A stretch of DNA of 64,000 bases from an uncultured Acidobacteriota bacterium (lineage in GTDB: Bacteria > Acidobacteriota > Thermoanaerobaculia > Multivoradales > UBA5704), in the NCBI GenBank assembly GCA_963770895.1, contig CAVYRF010000002.1, forward strand, positions 1,728,001-1,792,000, in the 5' to 3' direction. Under the pieces are notes generated by a model. That model ran no database searches. It saw nothing but the letters and a program-made list of their open reading frames with translations, and had not been told where the DNA came from. Positions 9,445-18,390 of this stretch are shown one piece after another (the stretch's first letter is position 1; each line of letters begins with the position of its first letter). The position numbers and the translations under genes were made by a program.

Positions 9445-12117
9445 TTGACGCCGCCGCTCAGGAAGCTGCTGGGCGGCCGGCGCCGGCGCGAAGAAGACCT
9501 GGATGCGGAGCTGCGAGCCGCCTTTGACATCCTGGTCCGGCAGTACGCTCAATCGATGCCGCTGGCGGACGCCAGGCGGCAGGCCCGGCTTGAATTCGGG
9601 GCCTTCGATCCGATCAAGGAGAACGTGCGCCGGGTGGCGGTGGTCCAGGCCGCCCTCCACACCGTCGGGCAGGATCTGCGGCACGCCCTGCGCGCGCTCG
9701 GGCGGGACCGCGGCTTTACCGCCGTGGCCCTGCTGTCGCTGGCGCTGGGCATCGGCGCCAACTCCGCGATCTTCACCTTTTTCAATGCGGTCCTGCTGCG
9801 CCCCGTCGCCGCCCGCCAGCCGGCGCAGCTGATCGCGATCTACACCAAGGCGGCCGGCGGCCCGATGCTGCTGCGCAACTCGCTGCCCAACTATCGCGAC
9901 CTGTGCGCCCGCAGCCGCGCCTTTGCAGGGATCGCCGCCTTCACCGGCGCGGGCTTGTTGGTCAATCGCAGCGGCAAGGGCGGGCCCGAGCAGGAGCACG
10001 CCCAGCTGGTTTCCGACAACTACTTTTCCGTCCTCGGCGTACCGCTCCGGGGCCACGGATTCAGCGCCGGGGCGGTCGATCCGTCGGGCGGTCCCGGCGA
10101 AGTGGTGATCTCCGATCGCCTGAGGCGCCTGCTGCACGGTGGCGGGCACGCAGCCTTGGGCGGCGTCCTGCAGGTCAACGGCCAGGCGCTCGCGATCGTC
10201 GGCGTCGCGCCGCCCGGCTTCTCCGGTCTCAACCTGCTGGCGCCGGCGGAGATATGGCTGCCGGTGCGGCTGGCCCGGCGGCTGGGCGTCGACAACTTTG
10301 GCGGCTTCACCGGCTCACGCCGGATGGGAGTGTTCGACGTCGTCGGGCGCCTGCGACCGGGCGTCAGCCGGGAAGCGGCGGACGCCGAGATGCGCCGCCT
10401 GGGCGCCGATCTCGCGGCGCGCTTTCCGGTCGAAAACCGCGGGCGAACCTTCCGCCTGCTGGGGCCCGAATCGTCCGCCATCGACCCCAACGTGCGGGAC
10501 GGCTACGTCGGCGGCGGCGTGGTCTCGCTGCTGGCCGCCGGTGCGGCGCTGGCGGTCGCCTGCGCCAACCTCGCCGGCCTGCTGATCGCGCGCGGTGCCG
10601 GGCGCCGCAGGGAAATCGCTGTGCGGCTCGCCCTGGGCGCGACCCGCGGCCGGCTGATCCGCATGTTGCTGACCGAAAGCCTGCTGCTGGCGCTGGCCGG
10701 CGGCGCGAGCGGCCTGCTGCTGGCGCTCTGGATCCGGGGCGCCCTGTGGTCCTTGCGGCCGCCGACCTTTCCGCCGTCGCTGCAGATCGGCATCGACGGC
10801 CGGGTGCTGCTGTTCACCCTGGCACTGGCGCTGGCGACGGGAGCACTCTTCGGCCTTGCGCCGGCGCTCCAGCTGTCGCGCCCCCATCTGACCGAAGCGC
10901 TCAAGAATGCGTCGGGTCGCCCCGCCGGTCGAGGCGCGCGCCGTCCGCGCCTGGGCAGCCTGCTGGTGGCGGCCCAGGTGGCGTTCGCGATGCTGCCGCT
11001 GTTCGGCGCCGGCCTGTTTCTGCGCAGCTTCGACGACGCCGGGCGGTTGGACCCCGGTTTCCGCCTCGACCAGGAGGTCGTGGTGGCTTTCGACCTGGCC
11101 ACCGCCGGCGATTCGGAGCCGCGCGGAGAAGAGCTCTATCGTCGTGTCGCCGGTCAGGTCCGCGCGCTTCCCGGAGTCGCCGCCGTGGCGCTGGCGGAGA
11201 GCCTCAACCTCTACCCGTTCGGCTACGTCATGCGCACGGTGTTTCGCGGCAAGGACCATGACTTCGCGCGGGCCACGATGGTCTATTCCACCGTCGTCAC
11301 CGCCACGTACTTCGACACGCTGGGCATACCGCTGCTGGAGGGGCGTCTGTTCACCGATGCCGGCGGTCCCGGGGAGCTCTCCGAGGTGGTCGTCAACAGC
11401 GCGATGGCGCAGCGCTTCTGGCCGGGGGAGTCGGCCGTCGGCAAGCGGATCTACCTGTTTGGCTCCGATGAGCCGGTGGCGATCGTGGGCGTGGTGCGCG
11501 ATGCCAGGTACCTGTCGTTGCTGGAGGAGCGGCAGCCCTGTCTGTACCTGCCTCTGGCGCAGATCTTCACCACTCCGATCTACGTGCACGTGCGCGGCCG
11601 CCCGCGCGCCGATCCGGCGGCGCTGCTGCTCCTGGTGCGCAAGACGATCCGCGGCCTGGCTCCCAACGTCGCGCTCGGCAGCGCCTTCACCATGCGGGAG
11701 GTGTACAGGCGCAGCCTGTGGGCCCCCCGCCTGGGTGCCGCCGTGCTCGCAAGCTTCGCCGCGCTGGTGTTGGTGCTGGTGGCGATCGGGCTTTACGGCG
11801 CGGTCTCCCAGGCGGTCCGCCACCAGCGCCGGGAGCTGGGGATCCGCATGGCTCTGGGCGCCAGCAGGTGGACGATCATGAAATCCGTGCTGAAGGCTGG
11901 CATCGTCCCGGCCACTGCCGGCCTCGCCGCGGGCACGGCGGGTTCGGCGCTGATCGCCCCGGCGGTGTCGCGCTTTCTTTTCAAGCTGAGCGGCGGCGAC
12001 GGGCCGGTGCTCGCCACCGCCGTGTTCGTGCTGGTTGCCGCCGGCTGGATCGCCAGCCTGTCCGCCGCGCATCGCACCGCGGCGATCGACCCCGTCGACG
12101 TCATCAAGCAGGAGTAG
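9445..12117 (+). CDS. ADOP-type duplicated ABC permease (MacB_PCD + FtsX, twice)
   Basis: N-terminal EEDLDAEL..ARRQARLEFG prefix, QDLRHALRAL, SLALGIGANSAIF, two FtsX-like halves. No ATPase gene adjacent. Confidence 0.92.
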   Translation: MTPPLRKLLGGRRRREEDLDAELRAAFDILVRQYAQSMPLADARRQARLEFGAFDPIKENVRRVAVVQAALHTVGQDLRHALRALGRDRGFTAVALLSLALGIGANSAIFTFFNAVLLRPVAARQPAQLIAIYTKAAGGPMLLRNSLPNYRDLCARSRAFAGIAAFTGAGLLVNRSGKGGPEQEHAQLVSDNYFSVLGVPLRGHGFSAGAVDPSGGPGEVVISDRLRRLLHGGGHAALGGVLQVNGQALAIVGVAPPGFSGLNLLAPAEIWLPVRLARRLGVDNFGGFTGSRRMGVFDVVGRLRPGVSREAADAEMRRLGADLAARFPVENRGRTFRLLGPESSAIDPNVRDGYVGGGVVSLLAAGAALAVACANLAGLLIARGAGRRREIAVRLALGATRGRLIRMLLTESLLLALAGGASGLLLALWIRGALWSLRPPTFPPSLQIGIDGRVLLFTLALALATGALFGLAPALQLSRPHLTEALKNASGRPAGRGARRPRLGSLLVAAQVAFAMLPLFGAGLFLRSFDDAGRLDPGFRLDQEVVVAFDLATAGDSEPRGEELYRRVAGQVRALPGVAAVALAESLNLYPFGYVMRTVFRGKDHDFARATMVYSTVVTATYFDTLGIPLLEGRLFTDAGGPGELSEVVVNSAMAQRFWPGESAVGKRIYLFGSDEPVAIVGVVRDARYLSLLEERQPCLYLPLAQIFTTPIYVHVRGRPRADPAALLLLVRKTIRGLAPNVALGSAFTMREVYRRSLWAPRLGAAVLASFAALVLVLVAIGLYGAVSQAVRHQRRELGIRMALGASRWTIMKSVLKAGIVPATAGLAAGTAGSALIAPAVSRFLFKLSGGDGPVLATAVFVLVAAGWIASLSAAHRTAAIDPVDVIKQE

Positions 12118-12167
12118 AGCGGCAGCGCCTCACGCCAGCCCGTCCCGGCGGTGGTTCAAAATGCAGG

Positions 12168-12189
12168 CATAGCATGTCTATGCTATGAT
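12168..12189 (+). promoter_or_regulatory. Inverted repeat overlapping an extended -10 element
   Basis: CATAGCAT-GTCT-ATGCTATG (12168-12187) overlaps TGC-TATGAT (12181-12189), upstream of the Asp-box gene. Confidence 0.5.
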
Positions 12190-12247
12190 GGACGTGGCAA
12201 GCCGGGGAAGCAGGGAAGCGGCGATGGCAATCCTGGGGGGGAGGGCG

Positions 12248-14302
12248 ATGGCAACGACACAAGCGGCGACGACGTCCTGGAAGCGATGGACCGGCATGCT
12301 CCTGCTGGGCCTGGCCTGGAGCGGTCCGGTGGCGGCGCAGCGCTGGGTTTCGGTCGGCCCGGCCGGCGGGGTGGGTGGCCAGCTGACGGCGGCGAGCGCC
12401 GATGCGAGCCGCGTCTACCTGCTCGGCCGGAGGCCCTCCGATACCTCGCTGGCGCTCTACGCCAGCGGCAATGGCGGACGCAGCTGGCAGACGGTGCCCG
12501 GACCGGCGCTCGCGGCGCTCTTCGCCGTCGACCCGGCGCGGGCCGACACCCTGTTCGGCCTGGTCATGGACGGTTCCCAGGCGCACCTGAGCAAGAGCGT
12601 CGACGGCGGCCTGCAGTGGCAGCCCGCCGACGCCGGCCTCGACGGCGACGCGGATCCTTTCACCGTCAACGCGGTGGTCTTTGACTCCCCGACCGGCGGC
12701 TCGCTGCTGGCGGCCACCGACGACGGCCTGTTTGCGAGCCAGGACGGCGGCGACTCCTGGCAGGTGCTGGCGCCGTTGGCCGGCGTGCCGACCGGCGCCC
12801 TGGCGGTTTCGCCGGTGCCGCCGTCGCACTGGCTTGCCGCGGTGGAGCTCCCTCTGCCCGGCAGCGCCAACTGCGACCCGGACACCGCGACGTGCACCTA
12901 CGCCGACGTGCTGGAGAGCGTCGACCGCGGTGCCACCTGGCGGTCCACCCACTATCCCGCGCCCGACGCCGTGATCACCCAGCTGGTGGCCGGCGCCGCC
13001 TGGCAGGCAGCCCTGGCCGGCGGCCAGGTGATGCGGCGCCGCCCCGGCGGCGCCTGGCAGCCCGGCGCAGCGCTCCCCGACGCGGCCTTGCAGCTGGCGC
13101 GTTCGCCGGACGACGTGCTGTATGCGGCGACCGGCGTGGGGGTCTTTTACAGTCTGGACGGCGCCCGGTCGTGGCTGCCACGCGTTGCCAAGGCGCAGCC
13201 CCACGCGGGCGTCGATTCCATCGTCGTGCTCGCGGATGCGACGCGTACCGTCCTGGCGTCGGGACAGGACCTGTGGCGCTCGGAAGACCGGGGCCACACC
13301 TGGCTGGACTCCAGCACCGGCCTTTCGGGTCAGTTCATCGAGGCCCTGGCGGTGGCCGCCGACTCCAACGTCTACGCCGGGCTCTTCCCCCAGGGAGTGA
13401 TGACCACCGCCAACCAGGGCGCGTCGTGGCTGCCGCTCAACCAGGGGCTGGGCGTCGACCGGCTGCCGCCGTTCGTCGACGACACCGCTTCGTTCGGCAT
13501 CAACGACCTGGCCGCCGATCCGCACGATGCGGCGCGGGTCTACCTGCTGCTCGCCAAAGGCCAGACCAACCAGGTTGCGCGCCTCGCCGCCGGCGGCCAA
13601 GGCTGGGAGCTGCGGCCGCCGCTGCCGCTCGCCGCCCACTCCTTTGCCGGCGCCGTCCGCGTCGATCCGTCGACCGCCGGCAGCCTGTACGTGCTGGCCC
13701 AGGAGCCGGCGTCCGGCGACAACTACACCGCGGTCCTGCTGCACAGCAGCAACGACGGCCTCAGCTGGCGCCGGTTGCTGACCGACCCCCTGGCGATCTC
13801 CTCGCTGGCCATCGATCCGCGGCAAGCCGGCACCCTGTACGCCTGGACCTTCACCCGCGGCATCCTCAAGAGCACCAACCTCGGCGCCACCTGGCGGCAG
13901 ATCGGCACCCAGCTGCCCAGCATCTCCAGCAGCCTGGCCGACACCCTGGCCCTGGACCCCCAACAACCGCAAAACCTGTACGCCGGCACCATCCACGGCG
14001 TGTACGCCAGCCACGACGCCGGCGCCACCTTCTCCCCCATCACCAGCGGCCTGCCGCAGGTGACCTACAGCCGCAAGCTGATCGTCGATCCGCAATCCCC
14101 GGCCGACCTGTACCTGCTCGATCAATCCGGCTTCTATCGCTGGAACGCCGCGACCCCTGTCTGGGTCGCCGACGACAGCGGCCTTCCCGATCCCAGCTTC
14201 CTGGCGCAACTGACCATCGACCCACAGCACGCCGGCCTGCTCTACGTCGGCACCGACAGCCACGGCATCTACCGCCTGCAGATCGGCTCTGGATCGCCAT
14301 AG
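12248..14302 (+). CDS. Secreted BNR/Asp-box repeat beta-propeller protein
   Basis: Signal peptide (..GMLLLGLAWSGPVAA-QRW). Asp-boxes SGNGGRSW, SVDGGLQW, SQDGGDSW, SVDRGATW, SEDRGHTW, STNLGATW. ATG 12248 follows GGGGAGG. Confidence 0.85.
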   Translation: MATTQAATTSWKRWTGMLLLGLAWSGPVAAQRWVSVGPAGGVGGQLTAASADASRVYLLGRRPSDTSLALYASGNGGRSWQTVPGPALAALFAVDPARADTLFGLVMDGSQAHLSKSVDGGLQWQPADAGLDGDADPFTVNAVVFDSPTGGSLLAATDDGLFASQDGGDSWQVLAPLAGVPTGALAVSPVPPSHWLAAVELPLPGSANCDPDTATCTYADVLESVDRGATWRSTHYPAPDAVITQLVAGAAWQAALAGGQVMRRRPGGAWQPGAALPDAALQLARSPDDVLYAATGVGVFYSLDGARSWLPRVAKAQPHAGVDSIVVLADATRTVLASGQDLWRSEDRGHTWLDSSTGLSGQFIEALAVAADSNVYAGLFPQGVMTTANQGASWLPLNQGLGVDRLPPFVDDTASFGINDLAADPHDAARVYLLLAKGQTNQVARLAAGGQGWELRPPLPLAAHSFAGAVRVDPSTAGSLYVLAQEPASGDNYTAVLLHSSNDGLSWRRLLTDPLAISSLAIDPRQAGTLYAWTFTRGILKSTNLGATWRQIGTQLPSISSSLADTLALDPQQPQNLYAGTIHGVYASHDAGATFSPITSGLPQVTYSRKLIVDPQSPADLYLLDQSGFYRWNAATPVWVADDSGLPDPSFLAQLTIDPQHAGLLYVGTDSHGIYRLQIGSGSP

Positions 14303-14312
14303 CGGAGACCGC

Positions 14313-14341
14313 TTGCGCCCATTGCAGGCATCGCCTACAAT
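14313..14341 (+). promoter_or_regulatory. sigma70-type promoter of the TA operon; transcript probably leaderless
   Basis: TTGCGC (14313-14318)-17 nt-TACAAT (14336-14341). ATG at 14348 lies where +1 is expected and has no SD. Confidence 0.6.
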
Positions 14342-14347
14342 ACATGC

Positions 14348-14590
14348 ATGCAATACACGCTGAGAGATATTCCGCCCTTCCTGGATTCTGAGCTGCGCCG
14401 GCGGGCGAAGGTCGAAGGCAAGAGCCTGAACGCTGTTGCCCTCGAATCCCTGGCGCGTGGCGTTGGCCTGAACGACATGCCGCGGCGCTACCGCGATCTG
14501 AGCGATATCGCGGGTACCTGGAAGGAAGACCCCGAGTTCGACAAGGTGATCGCCGACCACGACCAGATCGACGAAGGTCTTTGGCGGTGA
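14348..14590 (+). CDS. Ribbon-helix-helix (FitA/Arc-like) antitoxin
   Basis: MQYTLRDIP..L..RAKVEGKSLNAV RHH pattern with an acidic tail. GTGA overlap with the PIN gene. Confidence 0.85.
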   Translation: MQYTLRDIPPFLDSELRRRAKVEGKSLNAVALESLARGVGLNDMPRRYRDLSDIAGTWKEDPEFDKVIADHDQIDEGLWR

Positions 14591-14970
14591 GGCTCGCTCT
14601 CGATACCAATCGCTATACCGACCTGTGTCGCGGGACCGACCAGGCGCAGGCAACGGTCGAAAGCGCAGAGGCAGTGCTGCTGCCCTTTGTCGTGCTCGCC
14701 GAGTTGCGCGCCGGCTTTGCCGCGGGCACGCGTGCCTCTGACAATGAGCGCGTCCTCCAGCGGTTTCTCATGAAGCCCCAAGTGCAGGTGCTCTTCGCGG
14801 ACGCGCAAACGATCCCCCACTACGTCGCCGCCTATCGCCAGCTGCGGCATCAGGGAACTCCAATCCCGACCAACGACCTTTGGATCGCCGCGCTGGTGCT
14901 GCAGCACGATCTCGTGCTGTTCGCACGCGATCGTCACTTCGACCAGCTGCCCCAAATCGCGCGCGCCTGA
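14587..14970 (+). CDS. vapC: VapC family PIN-domain toxin
   Basis: LALDTN, VVLAEL..G, IPTNDLWIAA, LFARDRHF: the acidic PIN residues are present. Confidence 0.92.
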   Translation: MRLALDTNRYTDLCRGTDQAQATVESAEAVLLPFVVLAELRAGFAAGTRASDNERVLQRFLMKPQVQVLFADAQTIPHYVAAYRQLRHQGTPIPTNDLWIAALVLQHDLVLFARDRHFDQLPQIARA

Positions 14971-15127
14971 GTACACAGCGGAGGTGCGGTCCAGGCGCTG
15001 CCGATCGGCCTGCGAATCGTCACCTCTGAGACACGAAAATTCACCTCAAGTTCGCAGTGCCGTGATGGCCGGGCGGTACGGTGGTCAAGCTCGTAGGTTC
15101 GCTGAACAACCTGAGAGGGAGATCATC

Positions 15128-17359
15128 ATGCAAGCAGGCCATGACGCATCGATAGGGAAAAGGAGCAGACAGGCGCTGTCCGTATGGGCGGTGCTGGCGG
15201 TCACGTCGCTGGCTGGCGTTGGCGCGGTGGTACCCGCGGCGGCCCAGGACGGCGGCGCCGCTGACGGCGAGAGGGCGATCTCGGGGTGCCGGCTCAGGAA
15301 CGCTGCCGGCGCGCCGATCGAACACGTGATCTACATCCAGTTCGACAACACGCACTTCCGCCGTGACACGGCCAACGTGCCGTCCGACCTGGAGCAAATG
15401 CCCAACCTGATGAATTTCATCAAGAGCCAGGGCGTGCTGAACACCGAGGACCATACGGTCCTCATCTCGCACACCGCCGGCGGCATCCTGTCGTCGCTCA
15501 CCGGCGTCTACCCGGACCGCCACGGTCAGACGGTGACCAACAGCTACGTGCGGACCTCGCCCACCGGGACGTTTTCGTTTCCCAGCGCGTTCAGCTACTG
15601 GACCGATACGATTGCCGAGAACGTGCCGAACCTGATCACTCCGACCGGCGTCAACGCGCCGGCGCCGTGGGTGCCGTACACGCGGGCCGGCTGCAATGTC
15701 GGCGGCGTCGCCACCGCCGACATCGAGCTGGAGAACACCAACACCGACGCCGGCGGCGACATCACCAAGGTGTTCGGCAATCCGTCGCCGCAGTACAGCG
15801 AGGCGGTGGCCTCCTACAACGCCCCCTACGGCTCGGCGTTGGCCGCAAAGGCGACCACCGACTTTGAGGGCCTGGCGATCCACTGCGCCGCCGGCTCGTC
15901 GCTGTGCGCCGCGGGACAGAACGACGTCCTGCCCCAGGAAGTGGGCGGCTACAGCGGTTTCAAGGCGCTGTTCGGCGCCCAGGAGATCGACCCGATGTTG
16001 ACCGGCAAGGCGGCGACGCCGCTCACCGACCTGGCCGGCAAACCGATCGCCGATTCGTTCGGGCAGCCCGGCTTTCCGGGTTTCGACGGCATGACGGCGG
16101 CGGTGTCGCTGGCCTACGTCGCGGCGATGCACGAGCACGGCGTGCAGGTCAGCTTCGCCTACATCTCGGACGCACACGACGATCATGGCGTCGACGGCAC
16201 CGGGCAGTCCGCGTACGGGCCGGGCGAAGCCGGCTACGTGCAGCAGCTGAAGGCCTATGACCAGGCGTTCGGCGCCTTCTTCAAGCGCCTGGCGCACGAC
16301 GGCATCACCCCGACGAACAGCCTGTTCGTCATCACCGTCGACGAAGGCGATCACTTTGTCGGCGGCGCGCCCACTTCGGCGGCCTGCGACGGCGTGACCG
16401 TGGCGTGCAACTGGCCCGACGGCCAGGTCGGCGAGGTGGACGTCAACATCGATACCGTCCTGTCCAACCAGTACCCGGCGCTCGGTGCGCAGTTCCTGGG
16501 CAAGACCGCGCCGTATGCGTTCACGGTGCACGGCGACGACGCGCCGCCGTTCTACCTGGCCAAGTACGGCACGGGCGGCGGGCCGCTGGGTCAGACCGAT
16601 CCGCTGACGCGCCAGTTCGAGCACGCGGTGGCCCGGCTGACCGTGGTCAACCCCTATACCGGACTGCACGACTACCTGCTGGCGCAGATGGCCGATCAGA
16701 CCGAAATGAAGGCGCTCCACATGTTCACCACCGGCGACCCGGTGCGCAACGCGACGTTCGTGCTGTTCGGCGACCCGACCTACTTCATCACCGACTATCC
16801 GTCCAGCACCTGCGAAACCTGCGTCGATTCAGCCTACGCCTGGAACCACGGCGACGTGCAGGTGGAGATCGGCAACACCTGGTTCGGCATGGTCGGGCCC
16901 GGCGTCCGGCGGTTGGGTGAAACCGCGATCTGGACGGACCATACCGATCTGCGGCCGACGATCCTGGAGCTGGTCGGGCTTGCCGACACCTACGAGTCGG
17001 ACGGCCGCGTCATCGTCGAGGCGCTGAACGCCTACGCCCCTGCCCTGGCCGCCAACCGCGCGACGGTCGAACAGCTGGGCGCCACCTACAAGCAGCTGAA
17101 CGCGCCGTTTGGCGCCTTTGGCATGAACACCCTGATCGCTTCGACGCGCGCGATCACCGGCAACGACTCAACCTATACGGCGACCGAAGCCCAGATCGCC
17201 AGCCTGACCACCCAGCGCGACGCCCTGGCGACCCAGATCCGCACCGCCCTGGACGGCGCCGCCTTCCACCGCCAGCCTGTCGACCCGACACAGGCAGCCG
17301 CCTGGATCAAGCAGGCGCAGAGCCTGCTGACCCAGGCCGCGGACGTCGCCGCGCAGTAA
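15128..17359 (+). CDS. Secreted alkaline-phosphatase/phosphoesterase-superfamily protein, function unknown
   Basis: Signal peptide ending AAA-Q. IEHVIYIQFDN, SHT..ILSSLTG.YPDRHG, DAHD, VDEGDH, NHG, DHTDLRPTIL. ATG 15128 follows GAGGGAG. Confidence 0.7.
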   Translation: MQAGHDASIGKRSRQALSVWAVLAVTSLAGVGAVVPAAAQDGGAADGERAISGCRLRNAAGAPIEHVIYIQFDNTHFRRDTANVPSDLEQMPNLMNFIKSQGVLNTEDHTVLISHTAGGILSSLTGVYPDRHGQTVTNSYVRTSPTGTFSFPSAFSYWTDTIAENVPNLITPTGVNAPAPWVPYTRAGCNVGGVATADIELENTNTDAGGDITKVFGNPSPQYSEAVASYNAPYGSALAAKATTDFEGLAIHCAAGSSLCAAGQNDVLPQEVGGYSGFKALFGAQEIDPMLTGKAATPLTDLAGKPIADSFGQPGFPGFDGMTAAVSLAYVAAMHEHGVQVSFAYISDAHDDHGVDGTGQSAYGPGEAGYVQQLKAYDQAFGAFFKRLAHDGITPTNSLFVITVDEGDHFVGGAPTSAACDGVTVACNWPDGQVGEVDVNIDTVLSNQYPALGAQFLGKTAPYAFTVHGDDAPPFYLAKYGTGGGPLGQTDPLTRQFEHAVARLTVVNPYTGLHDYLLAQMADQTEMKALHMFTTGDPVRNATFVLFGDPTYFITDYPSSTCETCVDSAYAWNHGDVQVEIGNTWFGMVGPGVRRLGETAIWTDHTDLRPTILELVGLADTYESDGRVIVEALNAYAPALAANRATVEQLGATYKQLNAPFGAFGMNTLIASTRAITGNDSTYTATEAQIASLTTQRDALATQIRTALDGAAFHRQPVDPTQAAAWIKQAQSLLTQAADVAAQ

Positions 17360-17387
17360 CGCGGCAGCAGCCAGCAGCACTCCGACC

Positions 17388-17431
17388 GGGTTGCCGCCGC
17401 CGCCGCCATAACGGGCGGGCGGCGGCAGCCC
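17388..17431. terminator. Hairpin between convergent genes
   Basis: GGGTTGCCGCCGCC (17388-17401) pairs with GGCGGCGGCAGCCC (17418-17431), one G-U pair. Confidence 0.5.
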
Positions 17432-17472
17432 GCGCCGCAGATGCCCCCGCCCGCGCCCCTGCCCGACCCCGA

Positions 17473-18306
17473 TCAGTCCTGGTCTGGCCGCTGCCCGGCG
17501 AGGACCGGCGCGAACCAGACGCCATAGCCGTCGGGGTCGCGGATCGTCGCCAGCATGTCCTGGAAGTGGGCGATGCACTGGTCGCGCGTGATGTTGGTGT
17601 GCAGGGCGATCGCGTCCGCGTAGCCGTCGCTCCAGGCCTGCCAGATCGCGGCGAACGTCTGGCGCGGCACGCGCACCGTATCCACCACCAGGTAGTCGAC
17701 GGTGACGTTGCGCAGGCCCTGCTGGCGCAAGAGCCGGTACATCTTGCGGCCGCTCAGCAGGTCGGTGTCCGTCGCCTTGCCGAACTGCGGCGGGGCGTTG
17801 TGCCAGAAGTCGCTGGCATCCATGGCGCGGGGTTCGAACGCGATCATCCCGTAATCTTCGGCCAGGACGTGCAACGTGCCTCCCGGACGCAGCACCCGCT
17901 TGAGCTCGGCAAGAACCTGGTCGATGTTGGGAATCGAGTGCAGCACGTGGCGGCACAGCACCAGGTCGAAGCTGGCATCGGCCAGGCCCAGCTGGTAGAT
18001 GCTGCGCTCCTCGAAGCGCACCCGGTCTGCAAGGCCCAGCTGATCGGCGCGCTGCCGCGCCAGCTCGAGGTGCCCGGCAAGAATGTCGACGCCGAGCAGC
18101 TTGGCCGCGGGGAACATCTGGGCCAACCGCAGCGTCATTTCGCCGGTGCCGCAGCCGGCATCCAGGATCTGGGCGGTGGGCGGCAGCGCATAGCGCGCAA
18201 AGAGCGGCGCCTCCTGCGGCCACAGTGCTTCCGCCTGCGCTCGCAACGTGCGCACCATCGATTCGTCCGCCATTTCCCGTTCGTGCGGAAACCGATTTTC
18301 TGTCAT
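17473..18306 (-). CDS. Class I SAM-dependent methyltransferase
   Basis: ILDAGCGTG motif I, LLGVDI, SFDLVLCRHVL, RVLRPGG. ATG 18306 with GAGGAG upstream. Confidence 0.9.
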   Translation of the reverse strand: MTENRFPHEREMADESMVRTLRAQAEALWPQEAPLFARYALPPTAQILDAGCGTGEMTLRLAQMFPAAKLLGVDILAGHLELARQRADQLGLADRVRFEERSIYQLGLADASFDLVLCRHVLHSIPNIDQVLAELKRVLRPGGTLHVLAEDYGMIAFEPRAMDASDFWHNAPPQFGKATDTDLLSGRKMYRLLRQQGLRNVTVDYLVVDTVRVPRQTFAAIWQAWSDGYADAIALHTNITRDQCIAHFQDMLATIRDPDGYGVWFAPVLAGQRPDQD

Positions 18307-18390
18307 GATCCAAAGGCTCCTCAAGCGCCGCGTGGCCTGTCTCTGTCCCGATCTGCGCCTCACGTAGTGGAGGGTAGAACGGAGGATACC

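Noticed and set aside
6798-14302. Periodic similarity in the beta-propeller genes as possible CRISPR or DNA repeats
   Set aside because: These are protein-level Asp-box repeats, with no identical direct repeats separated by unique spacers and no cas genes.
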